Below are positions 1 to 13,061 of a stretch of DNA of 64,000 bases, piece by piece; within the stretch, counting starts at the first letter, position 1; each line of letters begins with the position of its first letter. The stretch is from assembly GCF_006345805.1 (NCBI RefSeq), contig NC_042998.1, positions 46,314,001 to 46,378,000 on the forward strand, given 5' to 3'. The notes under the pieces were generated by a model. It made no database searches. It saw nothing but the letters and a program-made list of their open reading frames with translations, and was not told where the DNA came from. Made by a program: the position numbers and the translations under genes. The DNA comes from Octopus sinensis (lineage: Eukaryota).

Positions 1-790
1 TTGGCTAGGTATTTCTCCTGCAGCTGTCTTACCAGGAATATAGCATCAGTAGTACTTTTCCCTGGCACGAACCCAAACTGCATATCATCTAAGCTAACTC
101 TCTCTCTAATTAATTGGGCTATAACCCTCTCCGTAACCTTCATTACCTGATCCAGCAGCTTGATGCCCCTGTAGTTATTTGTATCTAGGGCGTCGCCTTT
201 ACCTTTGTAGCAGTTGACTATTATGCTGCTACACCAGTCATTGGGTATGACTCCTTCGTGTATCATCTGGTTTACTATACGGGTGACTAAGCTATAGCCG
301 ACACTACCAGATATTTTGAGCATCTCTGCAGTAATTCCTGATGGGCCTGGGGCTTTCCCTGTTTTCATGCTTCTAATTGCCTTATCTACTAAGGAACTGT
401 TTACTCGGATTGCTGGTCCCTCTGTTGGGTCGACATTCGGGAGACTCTCTTTATCCCATTCATTTTCCTCATTCAGCAACCTTTCATAGTGGCGTCTCCA
501 AGCCTCTCTCTTTGCATCCTCATTTAGCGCAAGTGAACCGTCATCCTTGTGAACACATTTCTCTCCTACCACGTCACGATTCTCTCTCACACACTGTCTT
601 GCAACACGAAATACCTCAAGTCTTTCATCCTCACGGCGCAGGACATTGGCAAATTTTTCTTTATCTGCCTCCCCTCTGGCTAGATAGACCTGTCTCCTAG
701 CTTACCTTCTGGCAGTCTGATACACTTCCCTGCTACCACCGTTCTTCCAGGCCTTCCAAGCCTGTTTCTTTTGTCTAATAGCCCTGTCAA
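1..790 (-). mobile_element. RTE-clade LINE fragment (linker plus N-terminal RT), runs off the window edge
   Basis: Minus-strand translation gives ...KTGKAPGPSGITAEMLK...NYRGIKLLDQVMKVTERV...QFGFVPGKSTTDAIFLVRQLQEKYLA, which are typical non-LTR RT domain 0-2 motifs of the RTE type. Confidence 0.85.
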
Positions 791-1150
791 CAATATTATA
801 TACATATTATATATATATTACATATATAAATATATTATATACATATTATAGATATATATATATATATTATATATATATATATATATATGCGCATGTATGT
901 GTGTGTGTGTGTGGTCAGCAAGCTGGAATGGTAGTACCTGGGTCAGATCCAGTGGTCATTGCAGGACTAGTTAAGTCCTGCAGTCCTATATACATATACA
1001 TATATATGTATATATACACATATATATATACATACACATATACACACACACACATGCACATATATTATATATATATAATATATATATATATTATAATATA
1101 TATACCACACACATTATGCATACATGCATACATACATAATATATATATAT

Positions 1151-4100
1151 CTAAAGTTCAACCTTCGCATATTCCCTTTAATTCGATCTCCACCATTCAC
1201 TATCATTTCTTCCCCTGACTTGCAGCGATGTCCATGAGCAGGCTAAGATTTCTCCCTTTATTTCATACATACATACATACATACATTGTCTACCGTTTAA
1301 ATGTTTTGAACTTATAACCACCAATCTGCTTTGCTTTCCTTTTCTTTCTACATGCCACCCTAAAAAACATCGCCATTCCCGCCCGTTTCTCTAAAGTTCA
1401 ACCTTCGCATATTCCCTTTAATTCGATCTCCACCATTCACTATCATTTCTTCCCCTGACTTGCAGCGATGTCCATGAGCAGGCTAAGATTTCTCCCTTCT
1501 ATTTCATACATACATACATACATACATACATTTGTCTACCGTTTAAATGTTTTGAACTTATAACCACCAATCTGCTTTGCTTTCCTTTTCTTTCTACATG
1601 CCACCCTAAAAACATCGCCATTCCCGCCCGTTTCTCTAAAGTTCAACCTTCGCATATTCCCTTTAATTCGATCTCCACCATTCACTATCATTTCTTCCCC
1701 TGACTTGCAGCGATGTCCATGAGCAGGCTAAGATTTCTCCCTTCTATTTCATACATACATACATACATACATTTGTCTACCGTTTAAATGTTTTGAACTT
1801 ATAACCACCAATCTGCTTTGCTTTCCTTTTCTTTCTACATGCCACCCTAAAAACATCGCCATTCCCGCCCCGTGTTCTCTAAAGTTCAACCTTCGCATAT
1901 TCCTTTAATTCGATCTCCACCATTCACTATCATTTCTTCCCCTGACTTGCAGCGATGTCCATGAGCAGGCTAAGATTTCTCCCTTCTATTTCATACATAC
2001 ATACATACATACATTTGTCTACCGTTTAAATGTTTTGAACTTATAACCACCAATCTGCTTTGCTTTCCTTTTCTTTCTACATGCCACCCTAAAAACATCG
2101 CCATTCCCGCCCGTTTCTCTAAAGTTCAACCTTCGCATATTCCCTTTATTCGATCTCCACCATTCACTATCATTTCTTCCCCTGACTTGCAGCGATGTCC
2201 ATGAGCAGGCTAAGATTTCTCCCTTCTATTTCATACATACATACATACATACATACATTTGTCTACCGTTTAAATGTTTTGAACTTATAACCACCAATCT
2301 GCTTTGCTTTCCTTTTCTTTCTACATGCCACCCTAAAAACATCGCCATTCCCGCCCGTTTCTCTAAAGTTCAACCTTCGCATATTCCCTTTAATTCGATC
2401 TCCACCATTCACTATCATTTCTTCCCCTGACTTGCAGCGATGTCCATGAGCAGGCTAAGATTTCTCCCTTCTATTTCATACATACATACATACATACATA
2501 CATTTGTCTACCGTTTAAATGTTTTGAACTTATAACCACCAATCTGCTTTGCTTTCCTTTTCTTTCTACATGCCACCCTAAAAAACATCGCCATTCCCGC
2601 CCGTTTCTCTAAAGTTCAACCTTCGCATATTCCCTTTAATTCGATCTCCACCATTCACTATCATTTCTTCCCCTGACTTGCAGCGATGTCCATGAGCAGG
2701 CTAAGATTTCTCCCTTCTATTTCATACATACATACATACATACATACATTTGTCTACCGTTAAATGTTTTGAACTTATAACCACCAATCTGCTTTGCTTT
2801 CCTTTTCTTTCTACATGCCACCCTAAAAAACATCGCCATTCCCGCCCGTTTCTCTAAAGTTCAACCTTCGCATATTCCCTTTAATTCGATCTCCACCATT
2901 CACTATCATTTCTTCCCCTGACTTGCAGCGATGTCCATGAGCAGGCTAAGATTTCTCCCTTCTATTTCATACATACATACATACATACATACATTTGTCT
3001 ACCGTTTAAATGTTTTGAACTTATAACCACCAATCTGCTTTGCTTTCCTTTTCTTTCTACATGCCACCCTAAAAACATCGCCATTCCCGCCCGTTTCTCT
3101 AAAGTTCAACCTTCGCATATTCCCTTTAATTCGATCTCCACCATTCACTATCATTTCTTCCCCTGACTTGCAGCGATGTCCATGAGCAGGCTAAGATTTC
3201 TCCCTTCTATTTCATACATACATACATACATACATTTGTCTACCGTTTAAATGTTTTGAACTTATAACCACCAATCTGCTTTGCTTCCTTTTCTTTCTAC
3301 ATGCCACCCTAAAAACATCGCCATTCCCGCCCGTTTCTCTAAAGTTCAACCTTCGCATATTCCCTTTAATTCGATCTCCACCATTCACTATCATTTCTTC
3401 CCCTGACTTGCAGCGATGTCCATGAGCAGGCTAAGATTTCTCCCTTCTATTTCATACATACATACATACATACATACATTTGTCTACCGTTTAAATGTTT
3501 TGAACTTATAACCACCAATCTGCTTTGCTTTCCTTTTCTTTCTACATGCCACCCTAAAAACACATCGCCATTCCCGCCCGTTTCTCTAAAGTTCAACCTT
3601 CGCATATTCCCTTTAATTCAATCTCCACCACCATTCACTATCATTTCTTCCCCTGACTTGCAGCGATGTCCATGAGCAGGCTAAGATTTCTCCCTTCTAT
3701 TTCATACATACATACATACATACATACATTTGTCTACCGTTTAAATGTTTTGAACTTATAACCACCAATCTGCTTTGCTTTCCTTTTCTTTCTACATGCC
3801 ACCCTAAAAACATCGCCATTCCCGCCCGTTTCTCTAAAGTTCAACCTTCGCATATTCCCTTTAATTCGATCTCCACCATTCACTATCATTTCTTCCCCTG
3901 ACTTGCAGCGATGTCCATGAGCAGGCTAAGATTTCTCCCTTCTATTTCATACATACATACATACATACATACATTTGTCTACCGTTTAAATGTTTTGAAC
4001 TTATAACCACCAATCTGCTTTGCTTTCCTTTTCTTTCTACATGCCACCCTAAAAACATCGCCATTCCCGCCCGTTTCTCTAAAGTTCAACCTTCGCATAT

Positions 4101-5075
4101 TCCCTTTAATTCGATCTCCACCATTCACTATCATTTCTTCCCCTGACTTGCAGCGATGTCCATGAGCAGGCTAAGATTTCTCCCTTCTATTTCATACATA
4201 CATACATACATACATACATTTGTCTACCGTTTAAATGTTTTGAACTTATAACCACCAATCTGCTTTGCTTTCCTTTTCTTTCTACATGCCACCCTAAAAA
4301 CATCGCCATTCCCGCCCGTTTCTCTAAAGTTCAACCTTCGCATATTCCCTTAATTCAATTCAATCTCCACCATTCACTATCATTTCTTCCCCTGACTTGC
4401 AGCGATGTCCATGAGCAGGCTAAGATTTCTCCCTTCTATTTCATACATACATACATACATACATTTGTCTACCGTTTAAATGTTTTGAACTTATAACCAC
4501 CAATCTGCTTTGCTTTCCTTTTCTTTCTACATGCCACCCTAAAAACATCGCCATTCCCGCCCGTTTCTCTAAAGTTCAACCTTCGCATATTCCCTTTAAT
4601 TCAATCTCCACCATTCACTATCATTTCTTCCCCTGACTTGCAGCGATGTCCATGAGCAGGCTAAGATTTCTCCTTCTATTTCATACATACATACATACAT
4701 ACATTTGTCTACCGTTTAAATGTTTTGAACTTATAACCACCAATCTGCTTTGCTTTCCTTTTCTTTCTACATGCCACCCTAAAAACATCGCCATTCCCGC
4801 CCGTTTCTCTAAAGTTCAACCTTCGCATATTCCCTTTAATTCGATCTCCACCATTCACTATCATTTCTTCCCCTGACTTGCAGCGATGTCCATGAGCAGG
4901 CTAAGATTTCTCCCTTCTATTTCATACATACATACATACATACATTTGTCTACCGTTTAAATGTTTTGAACTTATAACCACCAATCTGCTTTGCTTTCCT
5001 TTTCTTTCTACATGCCACCCTAAAAACATCGCCATTCCCGCCCGTTTCTCTAAAGTTCAACCTTCGCATATTCCC
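1151..5075. repeat. Tandem satellite: ~16 full copies plus a partial copy of a ~240-248 bp unit with an embedded (TACA)n microsatellite
   Basis: Unit start CTAAAGTTCAACCTTCGCATATTCCC recurs at about 1151, 1391, 1635 ... 4809, 5050. Units are near-identical and length varies mainly with TACA copy number. Confidence 0.97.
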
Positions 5076-5384
5076 GGTGCACCCCCCCCCCCCCCCCACC
5101 CCACCCCCACCACCACCACCAATACCGGATATCTCTATATTTTTGTTCCATCTATACCGGATGTCGCTTCTCCCACCACCATTATAGGTGTCTACTCTTC
5201 GAACCCCCCTCTTCAACACGCTATTTCACCATGCATTACCCCTCTCTTGATATCCTACGTTCTACTTGCCTAGAACCTGTCATCATTTCTCTGAACCACC
5301 CTCCCCACTGGTGCTCCCCTATATATTTCTATACCCCCCCCCACATAAAAAGCACCATCCGAACTTGGCCGATGCCAGACCCCT

Positions 5385-5580
5385 CTGGCACCTGTGCAGG
5401 TGGCACGTAAAAAACACCCACTACACTCGCGGAGTGGTTGGCGTTAGGAAGGGCATCCAGCTGTAGAAACACTGCCAGACTAGACTGGAGCCTGGGGCAG
5501 TCCCGAGCTCCCCAGACCCCGGTCGAAACCGTCCAACCCGTGCTAGCGCGGAAAACGGACGTTAAACGATGATGATGATG
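5385..5580 (+). mobile_element. LINE 3'-tail/SINE-like repeat ending in (GAT)n; further copies at ~11925-12140 (+), ~17030-17525 (+, with internal repeats) and ~19595-19870 (-)
   Basis: Shared core GGCACGTAAAAAGCACCCACTACACTC..GAGTGGTTGGCGTTAGGAAGGGCATCCAGC followed by GTTAAACGATGATGATG in all copies; assignment to RTE is inference. Confidence 0.7.
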
Positions 5581-5749
5581 ATATATATATATACATACAT
5601 ATATACATACATATATACATTTACATACATATTAATACACATATATATACACACACATATATATATATATACATATGTATATACATATATATACATACAT
5701 ATAAATACACACACACACACACACATATATATATGCATACATACATAAT

Positions 5750-6040
5750 ATCAAAGAAGGCTAACTAGGAAGATAGTTTTTGTATGTGCCAGATGCTCGG
5801 GAGCAATAAACACTGAAAATGTGCAGAGAACAACTTCCGCCACATTCCAGGGAGAAAAACTAGAAGTTGTTGATAGCTTCCATTACCTAGGTGACCAAGT
5901 CAGTAGCGAGGGAGGGTGCGCTCAAAGTGTAGCTGCTAGAATAAGAATAGCTTGGGCAAAGTTCAGAGAGCTCTTACCTCTGCTGCTGACAAAGGGCCTC
6001 TCACTCAGAGTAAAAGGTAGACTGGTAACTGCCAGACTGC
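5750..6040 (+). mobile_element. RTE-clade LINE fragment (C-terminal RT region)
   Basis: ORF 5821-6057: GEKLEVVDSFHYLGDQVSSEGGCAQSVAARIRIAWAKFRELLPLL, the FxYLG motif and the following helix of RTE RT. Confidence 0.8.
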
Positions 6041-6496
6041 AATTTTACTTGGCTTGATGGGTCTTCTTCTTCAAGCATGACATAATGCCAAAAGTCTCAG
6101 TCATTACCTCTATGAGGCCCAATGCTCGAAAGGAGCTTTTCACATGCCACCAGCATCAGCCACTTTGCCTCTGTGAGGCCCAATGCTCAAAAGGTGCTTT
6201 TTATGTGCCACTGGCATAGGTGCTAGTTACATGGCACCAGCATCAACCACAACTACAATTTCACTTGGCTTGATGGGTCTTCTCAAGCACAGCATTTCGC
6301 CAAAGGCCTCAGTCACTAGTCATTGCCTCTGTGAAGCCCAAAGTTCAAAGATCATACTTCACCACTTCGTCCCATGTATAATATATATGTATAAGGATGG
6401 AAGCGGCTGAAAGCAGTTGCAATTTTGATGACTTACAATATAAGTTTTCATGCTCGACCCATCGCATGATCGTCTGGAAGATATACTCTTTTATTT

Positions 6497-6898
6497 TACT
6501 TTTACTTGTTTCAGTCATTTGACTGCGGCCATGCTGGAGCACCGCCTTTAGTTGAGCAAATCGACCCCGGGACTTATTCTTTGTAATCCCAGTACTTATT
6601 CTATCGGTCTCTTTTGCCGAACCGCTAAGTGACGGGGACGTAAACACACCAGCATCGGTTGTCAAGCAATGCTAGGGGGACAAACACACTCACACAAACA
6701 CACACACATACACATATATACATATACATACATATATACGACAGGCTTCTTTCAGTTTCCGTCTACCAAATCCACTCACAAGGCATTGGTCGGCCTGGGG
6801 CTATAGCAGAAGACACTTGCCCAAGATGCCACGCAGTGGGACTGAACCCGGAACCATGTGGTTGGTTAGCAAGCTACTTACCACACAGCCACTCCTGC
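6497..6898 (-). mobile_element. tRNA-derived SINE family A; other copies at ~14005-14365 (-), 18925-19295 (-), 29775-30163 (+), 46791-47150 (+), 50960-51610 (+), 53665-54040 (-), with partial copies at 8935-9150, 20915-21080 and 21320-21420
   Basis: Pol III-like head GGCGCAGGAGTGGCTGTGTGG...GGTTCAGTCCC, a CCTTGGGCAAGTG core, an internal (TA)/(TG) tract and the shared tail GGCGGTGCTCCAGCATGGCCGCAGTC...GAAACAAGTAAAAG. Confidence 0.85.
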
Positions 6899-6935
6899 AA
6901 ACCTTTTTTTAATATAAAACTATTATTGGTTACAG

Positions 6936-7033
6936 GAAATCATTGGAGGCTGGGAAGCATGTATTGGTAGAATATCCAATTGTTATGAATGTTACAGCGG
7001 CAAAAGAACTCTATCAGATGGCTTCTAGTAAAG
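6936..7033 (+). CDS. BLVRA: BLVRA-like exon (AGKHVLVEYP motif)
   Basis: ttacag|G AAA TCA TTG GAG ... AGT AAA G|gtacta; 98 nt. Confidence 0.9.
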
Positions 7034-10000
7034 GTACTATATATTATGTTTGTTTTTCCCTTTTTTACTTTTCAGTTTTATTGAATTCATAGATCAAAAT
7101 ATCATTTTAATACTTTCAGAGATGTGGAGTCAACCAATTTCAAGTTAAAGAGCTTCTATTAAAACTCTTCAGAAAAAGAAAAAAAAAATCAGTTTAACGT
7201 TTGTCCTAAGGTCATTGATCACTTGCTTATGTTGAATGGTTCATTCTTCATGAGGGTAATACTTAGTATTACATTCATCTATCTGTCTTATTTCCTGGTG
7301 ATTGCAAAGTTTCTTGGATTTTCATGTTCACTTGATTGGGTGGGTATAAAGTTAGTGTTGCAAATAGTTTGGTCATTTGAAGCAATGTATTGTAAGTTAT
7401 ACCAGGTGTAGCATATATTTATCTATTATTTAAGCATAATAGCAATAATAACTCTCTGAACGAGATGTAAACAGTAACCGCTCGACAACGTAAAGTATAC
7501 TAGCCATCTCAATATGGCTAACCACTAAGGGTGGGAGTTACTGTAGCTTTTAGCCCGAGGAGATCATCGTCTCCAGCTGGCTTTAGGCACACTTTCCGTG
7601 CACTTATGGTATTTGCAAAGGGAGGTCATCCCTCTCTCGTAAACGTAAGTGATACGCATGGACTGCAGTTTCGAGGTATTTGCCTCTTGTCAACGTACGG
7701 CAATCACCAGTTTTCGATGAGGGGACCTGTTTGCAAATATCTATACGAGAGAGGGATGACCTCCCTTTGCAAATACCATAAGTGCACAGAAAGTGTGCCT
7801 AAAGCCAGCTGGAGACGATGATCTCCTGGGGCTAAAAGCTACAGTAACACCCACCCTTAGTGGTTAGCCATATTGAGATGGCTAGTATACTTTACGTTAA
7901 GCATAATAATTCACTCAGTATTCAAATATAAAGAATAAGGGCTATGCAAAGGGTGGCCATAGGGTAAAGACCTATTTCTTTACTACTCATAAGGGGCTAA
8001 ACACAGAGAAGACAAACAAAGACAGACAAACGGATTAAGTCGATTATATTATTTAATTGACCCTGAAAGGATGAAAGGCAAAGCCGACCTTGGCAGAATT
8101 TGAACTCAGAACGTAGCGGCAGACGAAATACCATTAAGCATCTCGCCCATCGTGCTAACAATTCTGCCAGCCCGCTGCCTTATAAAGGGTAAAGACCTGC
8201 TTTGGTCATTAATGACCATGAGATTGCACCAAAAAAGTTACACTCTGAGACATAAGTCTGGGCAAGGTTGTTTATAAAAGACCAGCAGTCGTCCATGCAT
8301 ACCAGCCTTTCCTCTCCACACCACCAGTGTTATCCAAGGGAAAGGCAATGGTCAATACAGCTTGCACCAGTGATGTTGCAACTCATTTCTACAGCTGAGT
8401 GAACTGGAGCAATGTGAAATAAAGTGTCTTGCTCAAGAACACAACACACAGCCTGATTCAGGAATTGAACTCACTACCTCATGATTGCGTGCCTGACGCT
8501 TTAACCCCTGAGTCATGTACCTTCATATTTTTTAATTATAAATATATGTAAAATATTGGTTTCAAATATTGGCACAAGGCCAGCAATTTCAAGGGAGGCA
8601 GTAAGCTGATTATATCAACCCAGTGCCCAACTGGTACTTATTTTATTGATCTCGAAAAGCTGAAAGGCGAATTGGAGTTCGGTGGAATTTCAACTCATAA
8701 TATAAAGATGGATGAAATGTCACTAAGTTTTTTTGCCTGGTGTGCTAATTGTGTGTAAAATACTGTCAGTAAATATAACAATTAGCCCATTAACTTTTAT
8801 CAACCCAAACCTAAAATGTTTTATCTTATGATAAAATGAATAATGGGTAAATATATATATGCTGCACCCAGTGTATACTTTGTAAAATTATATATAAAAA
8901 TCACATAAAATTTCAGCAATGTACTTCTCTGGCTATGCGCACGTGTGCGCACACACATGCATGCATGCTCACTCACACACACACACATGCGTATGCTTAT
9001 ATGATAGAATTCTTTGAGTTTCCATCTACAAAACCCTCTCACCAGGCTTTTGTTGGCCTGAGGCTCTAGTAGAAGACACTTACCCAAGGTGCCATGCAGT
9101 GGAACTGAACCTGAAACCATGTGGTTGGGAAAAATACATTGCACAACTCCGCTTATACTTATGAGAAGTCTACTAATTAAATGTAATAGGTTTATGTTAA
9201 CATTTTAGAAATTTCAAATTCTAGATTCCTTTTTTCCTTTTTGCCACCAGAAATTTTTGCATTATTTTTTCAAAGCCTGTCCATTTTATACAATTTTCAT
9301 ACTATTTTAGTATTTTATTAAATTGCACATTGTACAGGTGTAGTTCTTCATGAAGAAAATATTGGATTGCTTTCCCTTGCTTTACTTGAGCTGAAAAAAG
9401 ATATAGAAAATAAACCACCTCTGCAGGAAGTACAGCTTGCCCACCATGGTAATTTTAATATTTAATGTTTTAAACATCATCATCATTATCATCATCACAT
9501 CATCATTGTCATCATCACATCAGCATATCCATCATGATCACCACTAATTTACTGTATTTTCCAGCATTCAAGTTGAAATTTTCAGGCCAAAATTTACCAC
9601 TAAAATGTGTAGGTTGACTTATACACAAGACAACTTTGGAGGATCAAAAATTCCACGTGAAGTGCAGCAGGATTTTGAAAGATAGCATCAATGTTTGAAT
9701 GTTTATACTATATACAATGTTCACTTGTATGTTTGAAATCACAGTAATAATTCCTTGATTACCAGGAAGTATTTATTGGTGTTCTCTACTGTCTCTGTCT
9801 TCAAATTTACATTTAAAAAAATAATTTAGTCCTTTCCAGGGCTTCTCAAACTAATTGGAGGAAGCAAAAAAGTTAACCACACAATAGATTCCATACTTGA
9901 ATGTGTGCAGCAGTAAGTACTCTGTTAAAGACACTCAAAGGCAAATATTGGTATTAAACTAAATCATAGATTAAGCCTGTCTCTCAAGAACAAGAGCTAC

Positions 10001-13000
10001 CCCTTTGATGGTCTTCTTGCTGTTTCATCCTTACCAAATTTCACTATCAAAACTTTAGTTGACACCATATTATGGTAGAGGACAGTTGCCCATTGAGTCA
10101 TGCTATACAATTGACTGTGAAACCACATAAGTTGCAAAGCAAATTTCTTCCCCACGCAACTGTATTTTCACCCAAACTGTATCATGCAATACAAAGGGTG
10201 TTGCATGATTCTAACATGTTAGTTATGCTTGACTAATGTTTCTATATTAGGGCATTGAGTTATTTTAATTTTCATCCATCCATCTGTCCATTCATCCATC
10301 CATCCATATTTATTCATTATTTTTTGGAGGGTCATTGTGGGTAGGGTCCTCAGACATCTTCCTCCATAGGATGCTATCAGATGCAACCATCATGAGACCT
10401 ACCAGCTAGATTTTCAGTCGTGACTGACTGAGACTATGGTTTACTACCTAGCCACCTCATTCTTGGTCTACCCCTAGGTCTTCTGCTAGTTGAAGAACTT
10501 GTCTATTCTGCAACATTTTAATCTCATGTCTATAGTATCTGAGCTGAGATCTATCAATGTATTGAAGTAGCATATCAGCCTGGAGGAGCTCCCTGACATT
10601 TGAGTTATGTGCCATATTGAGTAATGTTACTCTGGAGATCCTATGAAGGAACCACATTTCTGCAGCTTGTATTTACAATTATACTCATTTGGTCATTACC
10701 CATCATTTGTGATCTTTGGTGAGGATAGACGCATAAACTGAATTGAAGACAGCAAGTTTTAATTTGTATAAGATTGATATTTTGTATTTTCTAAATATGA
10801 AATTGTAATTTTTCTTTTCTTGATTATCTTTAAAATGTTTACAACTTTCATCTGTGTTTTCTTCTTTCCAAGTTTCATTGGGGAGATTGAGTGAAAATAT
10901 GACCAAAGAGAAGACACCTTTTATTGCACACCAGAGCATCATAAAAGCAGCCATATTTTTGTTTGGGAATTTAACTTCTGTTGGTGGGCAACTTACAGAG
11001 AAGGATGATTGTTTTGAAGCCATTGCTGACCTAAGAACATCAGAAGACAAGTAGGTGAAATGCTTACAAATCCTTCCTTCCTTCTTTGTCTACCTTTCTT
11101 TGATACTCCTCTGCTACTGCCTGCAGGGTTAAACTTTGGTCCACTTGTTTTGTAAGAATTCTTGCATGTGTCTCTGCATCCTTGTTTGTCATAAGCCCTT
11201 GTACAAAGATGAGGCACTTAAACATATCAGGAGTTCATTCAGTTTAAACCTTTCGCACATTCAGTTTATGGTCCCGGTATATATGATAAAGTCTTCATCC
11301 TCTTTTTTAAGTAGATTCCAACACTCCCATTGAGTGTTAAATAGGAAATTCTTATCACTGAATATTTTTGATAGGAGTATGACTGTTTCCTGGAAACAAA
11401 TTTCACTAGTTTTTTTGGGTAATATGAAATTACAATATTTTTCATGTTCAGCTGGTGCTAATTTATATAATAATAGTCTTACATTGTTGTTGTCTGTCCA
11501 CAACTTGCAATCTTCCCTGAAGATTTCTTAGTACCTTCTAAAGTATGCTGCAAATGTTATACCATCCTCTGAGTCATAATTGAATTCTGTTATAGAGTTT
11601 TGTATGCCATCTGGTGAAAATGAACTTACAGTGTTTCCAGACTTCTTAAGACATAACTCCATTAACTGTTGTTGTTTTTCTTGTTTCTGAAGTAGTTGTT
11701 TCTGCAACTCCTGTTGCTGTTCTTGCTGTTGCTTTTGCAATTGTATTATAGAAGCTAATAGGTCTTCCATCATTGACAACTTTGTATAAAAAATAATCTG
11801 TGTGAGCTTCGAATCCTCATCGCTAATTATTGTAGTATTGCCACTATTTATGATGATACTTGTTTACTCTATAACTGTGTAGTTACAATAAACATATAAT
11901 GTAAAAAGCACCAACTGATCGTGGCCGTTGCCAGCCTGCCCTGGCACCTGTGCCGGTGGCACGTAAAAAGCACCCACTACACTCACGGAGTGGTTGGCGT
12001 TAGGAAGGGCATCCAGCTGTAGAAACACTGCCAGATCAGACTGGAGCCTGGTGCAGCCTCCTGGCTTCCCAGACCCCGGTCGAACCGTCCAACCCATGCT
12101 AGCATCGAAAATGGATGTTAAACGATGATGATGATGATGATGGAGCAGGTTGACAACAGCATAACAATTCAACAAACTCTCCATGAACTATACACAAACC
12201 AACAAACAATATTCCAACAAACTACTAAAATGACATCTTACGATTTCCTGTGATTAACACTTGCTCTCACTCAGACCACAATTATTTATAGTCATTCAGT
12301 CAAGTCTATTCTCACAGGGGGTGTTGTGACTCTTGCCACAACAAGTAATAAAGATTAGAATTTATAGAAATTTGTGAAAAAATTTCATGAAATATGGTGT
12401 TGTCATGGATGTTGTTTAGCTCCAAGTCAACATATAATCAAATGTGCCATAAACATCTCTTTTTTTTTTGGTGTATTTCCAATGTGACTTTTGAGTTTTA
12501 AGACAGTTGGATGTAATTTGAAGGAGATTTGGCAGTTATTTTTAGCAGGCTGTATGACCACATAAGGATCTTTCTTTGGTTTTATGGTGTATATAAGATT
12601 GCATTTTGTATGTACAATATAAATGGAAGGTTAGTTGAATGATTTGGTGGTGTGCTTTTCACAATCTTAGTTTCTGATTGCAAGAGAGATAACTCTGTCA
12701 AACAGACATCTACTTAGAGTAGATTGTGTCAGTTGTATGAGGAATAGGATCCAAGCGTGAGCAGCCAAAACCTATAACATGTGCTGTCTCAGTTCTATAT
12801 TTAAGAAATGAGGAATTATGTACATTATTTACAATTCACAGATATTTGTCCTCATCTTGTTTGTTGTTAATACAACGTTTTGGCTGATATACTCTCCAGC
12901 CTTCATCAGGTGTCTTGGGGAAATTTCGAACCTGAGTTCTCATTCCTAAGGTATATGGCATAGTGGTTAAGAGCGCGGGCTACTAACCCCAAGATTCCGA

Positions 13001-13019
13001 ATTCAATTCCAGGCAGTGA

Positions 13020-13061
<42 letters not shown>

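Noticed and set aside
1151-5219. Short ORFs in the satellite units (e.g. MRRLNFRETGG...RKKRK)
   Set aside because: They are interrupted in every unit by stops and TACA length shifts, with no homology recognised. The array is also not CRISPR, since there are no unique spacers.
12950-13020. tRNA genes
   Set aside because: All tRNA-like segments are SINE heads lacking a complete cloverleaf, so no true tRNA or rRNA is supported.
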